A DNA stretch of 64,000 nucleotides from an uncultured candidate division WWE3 bacterium (GCA_903879985.1 CAIRNR010000004.1:32762-96761), one strand, 5' to 3'; numbered from the stretch's first letter, positions 54,277 through 63,968 are shown. Translations and numbers: made by a program. Notes: generated from the letters alone by a model not told the origin.

Positions 54277-55800
54277 TTAGTTTAAGTTGTACCAACCACC
54301 AGGAAACTTGTCGGCTGACACAGGAACACTTTCAACTCCTGATTTGCAGTGATTTTTTGGTTTGATGGCTATGTTCTGCCAGCTTTGTACATTTGGTATA
54401 AACTGATGGCCATCGTTTGTTGAGTCAGCTATTCTCCATGGATAGTTTCCTGTACCATCGTCAATTTTTATTGAGACTTTGTCGGCACCATATTGTGTCC
54501 AAGTTAAATTTACGCCTTTTACTCCGTTTATTGTTGTAGCTTCAGCTTTTATCCAAGTTGTTTTAACGGGTTTGCTCCATAAACATCGTAGATCTTTGTT
54601 AAATGTTTTAATCGTTGTTTCACTCGATATTGAGCCTCCAATGGAGTCATCGTAAATCGCTACTCTATTATTACCTGAATCTAAAACGTAAAAATTTACG
54701 CCGTCGTTACCTAATGCAGATGGCTGATTGAATCCAGCAGAATTTACTGATTCACTATTATTGTTTGTGTTGTTAGATACAAAATCCGGTTGGCCTAAAA
54801 CTCCAGTAGCATTTTGGCCATTTTGTGTGGGCAAAGTATCCCAAATTAATACTCTATTGTTACCTGGATCGCCAACATACAAAACATCATTTTGAATTAC
54901 TATTCCCATAGGGTATGCAAGTGTATTAGCTGCGGGAAGATCATGTCCCCTGTTAACCTCGTAACCTGTAAAGTCTTCCTGTCCTAGCACTAGATCTGCT
55001 TCTTTATCATTCGAGTCCGGAATTGAGTTCCAGATTAGTACTCTTTGCATGCCTCCATCGGAAATATATAATTTGCTTTTATATACATAAATACCATTCG
55101 GTCTGTTAATAGACGTACTGGAGCCATAAGTATCTGCAGCTGACGTAAGTGTCGCAGCACCTAAAACTAGATCTGCGTCTTGACCATTTTGGTTAGGAAG
55201 TGTTGTCCAAATTAAAACGCGTCCGTTGTTTACATCGGAAACGTATAAACGTGTACCGTCGTAAAATACTGTCATTGGTGTACCCATGCTGTTGGCCGCG
55301 GGATCTTCCCCTCTGTTGTAGCCTACACTTAGCATGTTATCCTGTCCCAAAACTAAATCTGCTGTGCCTGCAACGGTATCTTCAGTGGGAATCTCATTCC
55401 ACATCAAAACTCGATTATTAAAGGTATCGGTTACAAACAATTTTGTATTGTCAGTAAAAACTCCCATTGGTCCGTTAAGTCCAGTAATTACAACATCATA
55501 AGGTTCTTCGTTTGTGGTTGGAATGTGATCCCAAATTATTACCCTGTTATTTATGGCGTCAGCTACAGCAACATATTTATCGGTAACACACAAATCGCCC
55601 GCCGGACCTTCCCCCATGACATTTAAATTTCCGCTTTCTAGTGTTCTATCAATTAGTGAACTGGAGTTAAGTGCGGCTGCCGAAACATTCGGTGCAAAAC
55701 AAATAGCTGTTAAGATTATTGAGAAAATTGTGAATGAATGGGCAAATCTCTTATACATTGAATTAATTATAGAAGTTAGGTCTTTAGTGTAAATAGACAT
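54277..55800 (-). CDS. Secreted NHL-repeat beta-propeller protein with the shared C-terminal module (subtype 1 paralogue).
   Basis: It has a signal peptide and NHL-type repeats (FVTDTFNNRVLMW, YVSDVNNGRVLIW, YVGDPGNNRVLIW, YVLDSGNNRVAIY), then FNKDLRCL plus a module ending NHCKSGVESVPVSAD. Confidence 0.6.
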   Translation of the reverse strand: MSIYTKDLTSIINSMYKRFAHSFTIFSIILTAICFAPNVSAAALNSSSLIDRTLESGNLNVMGEGPAGDLCVTDKYVAVADAINNRVIIWDHIPTTNEEPYDVVITGLNGPMGVFTDNTKLFVTDTFNNRVLMWNEIPTEDTVAGTADLVLGQDNMLSVGYNRGEDPAANSMGTPMTVFYDGTRLYVSDVNNGRVLIWTTLPNQNGQDADLVLGAATLTSAADTYGSSTSINRPNGIYVYKSKLYISDGGMQRVLIWNSIPDSNDKEADLVLGQEDFTGYEVNRGHDLPAANTLAYPMGIVIQNDVLYVGDPGNNRVLIWDTLPTQNGQNATGVLGQPDFVSNNTNNNSESVNSAGFNQPSALGNDGVNFYVLDSGNNRVAIYDDSIGGSISSETTIKTFNKDLRCLWSKPVKTTWIKAEATTINGVKGVNLTWTQYGADKVSIKIDDGTGNYPWRIADSTNDGHQFIPNVQSWQNIAIKPKNHCKSGVESVPVSADKFPGGWYNLN

Positions 55801-55821
55801 TTAAATTAACCGCCAGTGTAC

Positions 55822-56019
55822 TTATTTTTCTTGGCTGTAAGTCATTCCCCAAGGTGTATCACAATAGTTTGGACAACCTTTGCAATTTAACAATCTAACG
55901 GAATAATGTGCTTTTACGCATGAATCGTAGTCATGTATATTGCGTGTGACCAAAAAGTATAGCGAAATTACCAATGTAACAATTACTAAGCTAATAATTG
56001 CCAATATTTTACTTCGCAT
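55822..56019 (-). CDS. Small membrane protein with a Cys-rich tail (65 aa).
   Basis: It has one TM helix and the C-terminus CVKAHYSVRLLNCKGCPNYC. Confidence 0.3.
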   Translation of the reverse strand: MRSKILAIISLVIVTLVISLYFLVTRNIHDYDSCVKAHYSVRLLNCKGCPNYCDTPWGMTYSQEK

Positions 56020-56069
56020 AATATGAGTATATATCAGATTGAGTTAATAATATAGACGCATACAATTAC

Positions 56070-57419
56070 TTGTATAATAAGAGAGTGATACCTAACATTT
56101 TTTTCTTTGAGACAAAACCCTTTATGGCAGTTGAGATGCTGGACGTCCTAAAAGACAATTTTTACTTGCTTTCCTATTTTGCTAATGATAGTTATGAAAA
56201 ACTTAAAGATTCCGGCTATCTGGTTAAAACATATGGTAATACCTCAGTCGAGATAGACTACGATAACGCTTTACTTAATACTCTTAAAGATACTAACTTT
56301 ATTAATAGCTATATAACTACCAAAGATTACGTTTTGTTCTTTGGTATGAATGAAAAAATGGATGCGACCCTTAAGAAATTACGTATAAAAATGGCACTGC
56401 CAGAGCTCTCGGTCCAAGAAAAATTAGGAAATAAGTTGGTTCTGAATGATATGTGTAAATCATTAGGCATAGAGGTTAATAAGTCCCTAGAATTTACCAA
56501 AACACCAATTGATACAGAAAAACTTTATTCCGCTTGTACAAATGAGTTAGGCTTACCTTTTATTATTCAAGGTGGTCATGGTGCGTCTGGTGCTGATACA
56601 TCTTTAATAAATAATCTGGAAAGTTTTACTGTAAAAATATCTAAATTAGGTAACACTTTTAAGGCGAGCAGGTACATTAGTAAACATATTCCACTATCCA
56701 CGCATATATGCATAACTAAAGACAAAATATATTCTGAGGGACCATTTGTACAGCTCCTAGGTTTTAAAGAACTTGCCATAAATCCATTTCAGTTTTCAGG
56801 TAATGATACAAACCAAAGTTGCATACACAAGGATATAAAGAAAAAGGTTTTGCAATATAACAAAAAAATAGCGGATTATGCGAAGAAGTTGGGATTTAAA
56901 GGAATTATGGGTATTGATTACCTTTGGGATACGCAAGAAAACAAAGTTTTCGTTCAAGAAATAAATAGTAGATTAGTTGGATTAACTAGGTTATTAACAG
57001 GCATTCAAAAGGAACAAGGTATAACCCCGCATTTATTGTTACACCTAAATGAGTTTGTGCCTCTTGATGAATATATTAAGGAATCAGTTAGTAAGTCTCT
57101 GGACAACAGAAATTATTCTCAAGTTTATATTTCATATAACGTTACTGAGGTGAAAAATGTAAAAAATAGCATTACGCCGGGAATCTACGGGTTGGTTAGC
57201 GGTAAACTGAAAATTTTAAGCAGCTCGCTTTTTGTAAAAGACATGACGGTAGACGATATTCTAATAACTATGACTGTGCCAAAAGGAATGGAAACCTATG
57301 AAGATCAGGTATTGCTGAAGATAATTCTTAAAAAAAGTGTATTAGAAAATAATAAATATGAACTTTCGAAAGAATTTAAGGATTTGGTAGGTTTATTACG
57401 TAGTGAACTGTTAGACTAA
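56070..57419 (+). CDS. ATP-grasp fold protein (carboxylate-amine ligase-like; substrate unknown).
   Basis: The 449-aa product has VFVQEINSRLVG, resembling the ATP-grasp E-x-N-x-R Mg-binding motif, and a Gly-rich HGASGAD loop. Confidence 0.4.
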   Translation: MYNKRVIPNIFFFETKPFMAVEMLDVLKDNFYLLSYFANDSYEKLKDSGYLVKTYGNTSVEIDYDNALLNTLKDTNFINSYITTKDYVLFFGMNEKMDATLKKLRIKMALPELSVQEKLGNKLVLNDMCKSLGIEVNKSLEFTKTPIDTEKLYSACTNELGLPFIIQGGHGASGADTSLINNLESFTVKISKLGNTFKASRYISKHIPLSTHICITKDKIYSEGPFVQLLGFKELAINPFQFSGNDTNQSCIHKDIKKKVLQYNKKIADYAKKLGFKGIMGIDYLWDTQENKVFVQEINSRLVGLTRLLTGIQKEQGITPHLLLHLNEFVPLDEYIKESVSKSLDNRNYSQVYISYNVTEVKNVKNSITPGIYGLVSGKLKILSSSLFVKDMTVDDILITMTVPKGMETYEDQVLLKIILKKSVLENNKYELSKEFKDLVGLLRSELLD

Positions 57420-57429
57420 TATTTCACTA

Positions 57430-58134
57430 TCATTTAACCTCTATCCAATACGAACCCCTTAAGTAGTAAAAAGGAAAGATAGCTAAAATACTGTAAACAT
57501 TTCTTAAGAAGTTATTAAGTAAATTACTTTTAAAAAATGTACAACGTTCTAAATACTCAAATTTTGTTGGAAACGAAAAACTAAACTTAGTAAAACCAAA
57601 AGTTTTTAAAAAACTAACCCACTCCCCTTTTGTTTTTAAGTTTACATGTCCCATTGAAGTTAGTTGACGTTCTTTAGAGTCAAATAAACAAAATTGTGGG
57701 GAATCTATGTTAGGAACTACTATAAAGATGCTTCCTCCTGGGTTTAGTTTTGACTTAACGTCAGTTAAAAGTTTAGTTAGATTTTCATCATAAATATGTT
57801 CGATAATGCTGGCCAATATTATAAAATCATATTTTTTGTCGGGTGCTTTATAATCGTATTTTAAGTAAAAGTTGTCGTAATACTTTTCGCCTTTTTTCTT
57901 AGCTTCTTCAGATATATCCACGCCGTCTATTGCGATATCCAGTTTAAAAACATCTCTCAAATAGTATGCTGTTTTTCCCATTCCACAACCAAAATCTAAT
58001 ACAGTTTTATATTTGTTTTTAACAATAATGTCGCGTATTACCTCAACAAATGGTTCGTAGACAATTTCGTCGTAGGTTTTCCAGTCTCTGTTTGATAGTT
58101 GCTGGTTAATTGATATATCTGATTCAGGCATCAT
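57430..58134 (-). CDS. Class I SAM-dependent methyltransferase.
   Basis: It has motif I VLDFGCGMGKTA and the motif post I/II spacing. Confidence 0.6.
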   Translation of the reverse strand: MMPESDISINQQLSNRDWKTYDEIVYEPFVEVIRDIIVKNKYKTVLDFGCGMGKTAYYLRDVFKLDIAIDGVDISEEAKKKGEKYYDNFYLKYDYKAPDKKYDFIILASIIEHIYDENLTKLLTDVKSKLNPGGSIFIVVPNIDSPQFCLFDSKERQLTSMGHVNLKTKGEWVSFLKTFGFTKFSFSFPTKFEYLERCTFFKSNLLNNFLRNVYSILAIFPFYYLRGSYWIEVK

Positions 58135-58226
58135 TGATGTAATTTTAGCAGATAAGTTTTGGGATTTATAATTGACTTATAGTGTGTTCGATAGAACGTC
58201 TAGAAATTTAGTGCTACTATTTACGT

Positions 58227-59285
58227 ATGAAAGTTTTGATAAAACTTGTTTTAGCTTTTGCAGTTTTGGTTATAGGAGTATTATTTCTGACCGGTGTTCT
58301 TAACTTAAGTTTGTTAATGAAAAGTGTTAAATATTCTGCAAGTCCCCAAGGTAATACCTATTTCACAACTGGCAGCGATTACGAGGGGAATTACGTTTTT
58401 GGTGGAGCGATGCAGTTGGCCATTAACGAGCTTAATGCCAATATTCTTCATAGCAAGTTACAACTAAATTTATCTGCAAATGATGTAGAAACCCGACGAA
58501 TACTTAATATCTTTAACAAAGCAGAATTTACCACAAATGATTTAGACCTACAAAGTTACTACGTTAAAAGTGGTTATGGTGAGCAAACGATAACAGCCAT
58601 AAATACAGAGTCAAAGGCAAAATTTCCAAACAAGTCATTTAAGGATCTTATGCTTTCGCTTTCACCAAGAGATATTATTTCTTATGCCTATTTTTTAAAA
58701 CAGGTTGCATACACAATCCCATTTACGTCCAACTATACAACGTTTCTTAATGAAAGTGTAAAGGGTTATAAAGCTACTTCTGTTGATCAAAAAAAGAATG
58801 TACAAATAGTAGACTATAAAAGCGGCGATAACTTTATAGTTAAATTGGAATTAAAAGACAATAGCGATGAGCTTTATTTGGCTAAAGGGTATGACATGAC
58901 AAACCCTTTAGATGCGATAAAAACTATAAACAGCAATATTTTGAGAACTACTATGGCGGAGGATGATATCTTTTACGCTCCGGAAATTCATTTAGATATG
59001 AATAGAAACTATTTTGGTTTTACGGGAAAAAGCTTATTAAACAATGGTTTTAATGATTACGTAATCAGTTATATGTACGAGGATATTAAGTTCGATATGG
59101 ATAATGTTGGAGCACGCGTTGAAAACCAGGCGGTTTTTGGTGGCGCTATTACGGGTTTACCTGAAAAACATACGTTCAAAAGTTTGGAGCTTGATAAACC
59201 TTTTTGGGTAATTATGAAAAGAGCAAACAGTTATAATCCTTACTTTGTGCTTGGCGTGAAGAACTCCCAAATAATGTTTAAGTAG
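58227..59285 (+). CDS. Membrane-anchored serpin-like protein (inference).
   Basis: It has an N-terminal TM helix. The C-terminus FKSLELDKPFWVIMKRANSYNPYFVLGVKN resembles the serpin C-terminal consensus (F-x-x-D/N-R/K-P-F-L/W-F/V-x-I...P-x-F-x-G-x-V). Confidence 0.3.
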   Translation: MKVLIKLVLAFAVLVIGVLFLTGVLNLSLLMKSVKYSASPQGNTYFTTGSDYEGNYVFGGAMQLAINELNANILHSKLQLNLSANDVETRRILNIFNKAEFTTNDLDLQSYYVKSGYGEQTITAINTESKAKFPNKSFKDLMLSLSPRDIISYAYFLKQVAYTIPFTSNYTTFLNESVKGYKATSVDQKKNVQIVDYKSGDNFIVKLELKDNSDELYLAKGYDMTNPLDAIKTINSNILRTTMAEDDIFYAPEIHLDMNRNYFGFTGKSLLNNGFNDYVISYMYEDIKFDMDNVGARVENQAVFGGAITGLPEKHTFKSLELDKPFWVIMKRANSYNPYFVLGVKNSQIMFK

Positions 59286-59297
59286 TAAAATTAAGCT

Positions 59298-60287
59298 ATG
59301 TTAGCTGCAATACCTGCCGAATCTAAAAATGAAACAGCGCAGATCGAATATGAACCTTCTGTAGTTAAACTTATAGAAAACTTTACCCAAGAAATAGAAA
59401 CGCCAGCTTCAAATTATTTTGGTATTAAACCAGAAGCTGTTGTTGTTATTCAAGAGCAATTATCCGACATTGGTATCATGCCACCTAAAACCGATCTTAA
59501 GAAAATGAGAACTTATTGTGCCGATCTTAAACCGGAATTGCAAAAATTTGTTTATGCAGGAACCGAAGCTGACGCAGAAATAAGCTTATTTACAGGAACT
59601 GTAGAGGTAGATATATCTAAAACACCAAAAGCACCACCAGAAGAAGTACACGATCGTGATGGAAAATTAATTGCTCGCTTACATCCGGGAAGAGGCGCCC
59701 GCGACGAAAGATTAGTTTTAGGTCTAAATAGATTCGATGTTATACTTCCGAATACAGAAATTAGGAGTAGCTCCGTATTCCCACACGAAGGAGTTTTCAA
59801 TGGTGATTTAACTATAGTATCTTTAGATCCACAAATGGAAGTTCCACATGGCCTTTTATCAATTAATGCTGAGATGCCTTCCCACCACCGAAATCATATT
59901 TGTATAACAGCATTAGAACATGCAAAAACTAGAAAAGTAATTCCCACAGCAGCTGAAGTTTATGGTAGCTCTGCCCTAGGAGCGCAGGCATATTACACAC
60001 TAGAAGGTAAACCTCATTCTATTGCGTCATACTTTAAAGTTAATGGTGCACGCGCATTTGGTGTTTATTATCAAGGATCATCTGAGGAAGCAGCTTATAA
60101 ATGGATTGGAAAAGGTAGAGATGAAGTTTTTGTTGGTGAAAAGCCGGAAGTAACTGTTGAAGCTGGTGTTGTTTCAGTAAAAAGAGGCGGTTGTGAGTAT
60201 AAGTTTGATGCTGAAATTGATGTGGATGGTATGCTCAAAAATATTTCAAATAATTTGTTAAAGAAGTTGAATGTTTTGGATTTGTGA
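59298..60287 (+). CDS. Hypothetical 329-aa protein.
   Basis: It lies 12 nt after the serpin-like gene. No motif was recognised. Confidence 0.3.
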   Translation: MLAAIPAESKNETAQIEYEPSVVKLIENFTQEIETPASNYFGIKPEAVVVIQEQLSDIGIMPPKTDLKKMRTYCADLKPELQKFVYAGTEADAEISLFTGTVEVDISKTPKAPPEEVHDRDGKLIARLHPGRGARDERLVLGLNRFDVILPNTEIRSSSVFPHEGVFNGDLTIVSLDPQMEVPHGLLSINAEMPSHHRNHICITALEHAKTRKVIPTAAEVYGSSALGAQAYYTLEGKPHSIASYFKVNGARAFGVYYQGSSEEAAYKWIGKGRDEVFVGEKPEVTVEAGVVSVKRGGCEYKFDAEIDVDGMLKNISNNLLKKLNVLDL

Positions 60288-60300
60288 AAGTTGGTTGAAA

Positions 60301-60855
60301 CTAAATCTTCTCTAAAACTCGTTTCTTAATATCTTCCACGGATAACTCTTCCCGAGCACTAAACCTAACTAAAGGCATATTTGATTCCTCCAGTATTTGT
60401 TCTACGTTCCTATCTCTTGATATGCGGTCCTTACGATTATGTGAGGAATCATCGAGTTCAATTGCCACAAGCGGTTTAAGATGTTTTTTATCGCAAACCA
60501 AATAATCCACTGACTTCTGATTCACGTGTGAAAAAGCACCTTCCCACCATTGTTCTCCAACTTCATGGTCAAGAAACGCCGATAAATGAATTTGAGGGAA
60601 AATATTGTATTCATTTCCTACAGCATCCTTTAATAATTCAAAAAATTTAGTCTCGGTGCTTGTCATTAGATATCCTCTTTTTTTGTATTGATATTTTGAT
60701 TTGGCGAAGCCGTGATATTTTTTAAAGTGTAATGCTATGTCTAAAACGTAAAGTCCAATTACGAAGAGCCCTAGGTACCAGTAGTGGACGATAGCATACG
60801 TAAATGAATTAACTAAACCGATTAGCATTGTGTTGTTAACGTTGTATGGTGTCAT
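60301..60855 (-). CDS. DUF2726-like (PD-(D/E)xK nuclease-related) membrane-anchored protein.
   Basis: It has an N-terminal TM helix. The core ...QKSVDYLVCDKKHLKPLVAIELDDSSHNRKDRISRD... matches the DUF2726 pattern (VDF..-x-P-x-x-AIE-x-D-x-x-H...RD). Confidence 0.5.
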   Translation of the reverse strand: MTPYNVNNTMLIGLVNSFTYAIVHYWYLGLFVIGLYVLDIALHFKKYHGFAKSKYQYKKRGYLMTSTETKFFELLKDAVGNEYNIFPQIHLSAFLDHEVGEQWWEGAFSHVNQKSVDYLVCDKKHLKPLVAIELDDSSHNRKDRISRDRNVEQILEESNMPLVRFSAREELSVEDIKKRVLEKI

Positions 60856-60900
60856 ATCTATATATTAGATTACGCTATTGTATGAGTATGTGGAATAGTG

Positions 60901-61422
60901 CTAATTTAAAACTTTCACTTCAATGACTTTAGGAATATTTGGTTTACCATTTTGATCAAATGTTACTGTGATTGGGTCATTTTCCAATTGTCTACGGGTA
61001 CTATCTGAAAATCCGGCTACGTTTACTTGAGCTACTCCTTTTCCTTTTAATTCTTCAAAGGTAAATCCTGTACGATAGTCACAAGCACCTCGGGCCATAC
61101 GCATATCAGAACCTACAGGGTTGTAGTGAAAACCTGCTGTGTAAGAACTATCTTTAACGACACCTTTCGCAAAGCTTAATTTAATTATTATGTCAGATTT
61201 ATCTATCCACCCGCATAACCTATCTTCTTCAACAGGTGTTGGGGTTACGATTGTGTTAGTACTCTGTGTTGTTTGCTTTGCTGGTGTGGTGCTTACTGAA
61301 TTTTTAGTTTGAACCTTGTTTACCGGCTTTATATTATGTTTATTAGCATTGTTTAGCGTATATCCTAATAAAATTAGTAACCCTGTGATTATTATAGCTG
61401 CAATTATTTTTTTGTTTTTCAT
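60901..61422 (-). CDS. Secreted hypothetical protein (173 aa) with an N-terminal TM anchor and a Thr-rich linker.
   Basis: It lies 6 nt downstream of the Kelch-like propeller gene. Confidence 0.35.
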   Translation of the reverse strand: MKNKKIIAAIIITGLLILLGYTLNNANKHNIKPVNKVQTKNSVSTTPAKQTTQSTNTIVTPTPVEEDRLCGWIDKSDIIIKLSFAKGVVKDSSYTAGFHYNPVGSDMRMARGACDYRTGFTFEELKGKGVAQVNVAGFSDSTRRQLENDPITVTFDQNGKPNIPKVIEVKVLN

Positions 61423-61428
61423 ATTAAT

Positions 61429-62805
61429 TTATAAGTGATAAATTTGTGACCACGGGCCTATTTTACACCCATTAATTGTGCGCATCTTCCAGAAGCCCCC
61501 AAACCATCCCATAACTGTACCAACACCAGTTTGGATATGCCCTGTGTTTGGTACTTTTACTGTAAACGGAAGCTCTGTGTTACCCCAACCAAATTTTATT
61601 TCTACTGTATCTCCTGAATATGCGATCCAAGATAAAATATTAGTAAGTGGGTTGAACGTGGATCTTGCTACTGCTGGAGGTGTTATTCCTAAGCATCTGG
61701 TGTCTTTTTTGAAGGTGTTACTTTTTACATGCCTTTCCGATTGAGACGATTCCGAGGATTCAACCGCTTCCAAGCTTCCCCTAATAAGTTGTTCCTGATA
61801 ATGCGGATCTTCATACGAACTTAAGCTTCCGAGGATATAGATACTATCACCAAAGCTCACGGAAGCTGCCCAAAATACGCCAGCAGGAAGTGTTGCAGAA
61901 TCTAAAGTCCATGTAACATCATTACCGTTAACTGTACCCACATATGCGGTGTCTAAACCAGCCATACCTTGTCCAAGTCCGCCAATCATATAAATATCGT
62001 GGTTTAGTATAGTTGGAGACATGAGAATCCTATTGTCTGGAAATCTATCGCTACTTTGATGCCAGGAAATTTCCCCATTTTCAAGCGTTCCCGTATAAAC
62101 TAGTAATATTTGTTCTTCTTGATCGGGAGTAATAATAAATATTTTATTTCCGTCCGCTACGGATTCGAAAATCGGAAACATGGACATTACCACGGTAAAA
62201 GGTAACGAAGTTGAATCGGTAGTCCAAGTAATATCTCCATCAGAAATGGTTCCAATAAAGCCATTCGCTTGTGCATGACCCTCAAGAGTATATCCACCAG
62301 CATAATAGACGTGGTCGTTATCAATTGCTACAGCTCCGCCGGCAAATGCTTCTGGCAGCGTGTGTGCACTTGTTGTCCAAGTAATATCACCGTCGTTAGT
62401 AAAAGTTCCTATGTATACAGCATCGGAAGTTGTATCAGCTAAAGATCCTCCAATTACGTAAATTGTATTTCCATCTACTAAGGTGCTACCCAACGCTATG
62501 CCACCAGGAAGGTGATGAGAACTTATTGTCCATGTAATGTCACCGTTATCGGCTACAGTGCCAATGTTAATAGTATCCAACATGTTGTTATCCCAATCCG
62601 AACCTCCGATAGCATATATTTTTCCGTTGTGCGTCGCGGTTATATAACCCATCACCGATCCAGGTAAACTGTTTGCGTTCTTCCAAACCATATGTTCGGT
62701 TGCGGCTTGTGATTTAAGTGGGGTAAATGTAATAAGAGCTGCGATTATAGCTACAAAAGAAAAGCTTTTAAGATAGGCAGAATACTTAATCATATGTGTA
62801 TACAT
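61429..62805 (-). CDS. Secreted Kelch-like/beta-propeller repeat protein with the shared C-terminal module (subtype 2).
   Basis: It has a signal peptide and five or more repeats of [ND]GDITWT...LP...G...I[YV]..GG, then FKKDTRCL plus a module ending GWFGGFWKMRTINGCKIG. Confidence 0.5.
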   Translation of the reverse strand: MYTHMIKYSAYLKSFSFVAIIAALITFTPLKSQAATEHMVWKNANSLPGSVMGYITATHNGKIYAIGGSDWDNNMLDTINIGTVADNGDITWTISSHHLPGGIALGSTLVDGNTIYVIGGSLADTTSDAVYIGTFTNDGDITWTTSAHTLPEAFAGGAVAIDNDHVYYAGGYTLEGHAQANGFIGTISDGDITWTTDSTSLPFTVVMSMFPIFESVADGNKIFIITPDQEEQILLVYTGTLENGEISWHQSSDRFPDNRILMSPTILNHDIYMIGGLGQGMAGLDTAYVGTVNGNDVTWTLDSATLPAGVFWAASVSFGDSIYILGSLSSYEDPHYQEQLIRGSLEAVESSESSQSERHVKSNTFKKDTRCLGITPPAVARSTFNPLTNILSWIAYSGDTVEIKFGWGNTELPFTVKVPNTGHIQTGVGTVMGWFGGFWKMRTINGCKIGPWSQIYHL

Positions 62806-62863
62806 ATATGGTACAGCTAAGGAAAGTTATTGCGCAATAGTAAGACTGTCTAGTGTTTAGGAT

Positions 62864-63571
62864 TTATTTTACAGCGCTAACAACAATCACTTTATTATAT
62901 ATGGGTAATACTAATTCTAAAGGTTTACATACGCTACCAAAAGATTTTATATTTGTGGATTCAAATCCATTTACTTTGTACAAGCGTTTTATGCCAAAAT
63001 AAGAATTGTCGTTTTTATGTTCATATTTGTTTCCGTAAAGTTCCTTTTGCATAAACGAAGTTGAAAGAATGGAGTTTGTTCTATATTTACTACTTGTGAC
63101 CTGTGTAACAGGTTCTTGCCCCAAGACCAAAGACACAATATTATCAAGTGAAGCAATGTTTTCGGTAGCTAGCATAAACAATCCACCTTTTTTTAAAATC
63201 CTATGCACTTCTGCTATGAGAAAGTCCTTATCTAGTAAGTGTTCTATTACCTGATTGCATATAACAATATCAATCGAATTAGCACTAAATGGATATTTAT
63301 CTTTTTCTACATCCAGTTTTTTATAAAGCAATGTTTTATCAATGATTTTTTCGGTTGGTAAAATATCTAACCCGTAAATATCCAAAATTTTATGCTTAGG
63401 AAGTTTAGACAGCATTTTTATGGTTTTATCCCCTATACCACATCCAACATCTACTATAGTTACTTTTTTATTGGAGGTTAGAGTAAATTCTAAAGTTTTA
63501 GTAGAAATAAACTTTTCAGCATCGTCGAAGGCTTGTGCTACAATTTTTGAGAAGTATTTTTTAATAAACAT
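62864..63571 (-). CDS. Class I SAM-dependent methyltransferase.
   Basis: It has motif I VTIVDVGCGIGDKT and the acidic motif II. Confidence 0.6.
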   Translation of the reverse strand: MFIKKYFSKIVAQAFDDAEKFISTKTLEFTLTSNKKVTIVDVGCGIGDKTIKMLSKLPKHKILDIYGLDILPTEKIIDKTLLYKKLDVEKDKYPFSANSIDIVICNQVIEHLLDKDFLIAEVHRILKKGGLFMLATENIASLDNIVSLVLGQEPVTQVTSSKYRTNSILSTSFMQKELYGNKYEHKNDNSYFGIKRLYKVNGFESTNIKSFGSVCKPLELVLPIYNKVIVVSAVK

Positions 63572-63587
63572 AATGAAAATTCTTTGT

Positions 63588-63968
63588 TCATTTCTTAAAT
63601 AATCCTAGTATTGTCCTAGTAAATACATCTATAGTAGCTTTTGGTGTAATTTCTAAACCATTTGTTTCTAAAATTGGTATCCATACTGGTTTAGCAAAAA
63701 AGTTTGGATCAGTTTTCATTTTTTCTTTTTCCGGGGATTCTCCTAATACCGGTTCTCCGCTAACGTATGTGCATTCAAATATATGTTGAACTCTTTCCGT
63801 GTTACCCGCAGTATATGTAACTGTTTCTATAAGTTTTGGTGAAGTTACTACTATACTTGTTTCTTCTAATACTTCTCTAATAACTGTTTCTTCCAGGGTT
63901 TCATTTTCTTCTCTTTTACCGCCGGGTAATACGTAGTGCTCGTGGTTACTTTCTTTTTCAAAAAGCAA
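63588..63968 (-). CDS. NUDIX hydrolase.
   Basis: The Nudix box GGKREENETLEETVIREVLEETSI fits G-x5-E-x7-R-E-U-x-E-E-x-G-U. The N-terminus lies near the window edge, so the start may sit further upstream. Confidence 0.65.
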   Translation of the reverse strand: MLFEKESNHEHYVLPGGKREENETLEETVIREVLEETSIVVTSPKLIETVTYTAGNTERVQHIFECTYVSGEPVLGESPEKEKMKTDPNFFAKPVWIPILETNGLEITPKATIDVFTRTILGLFKK

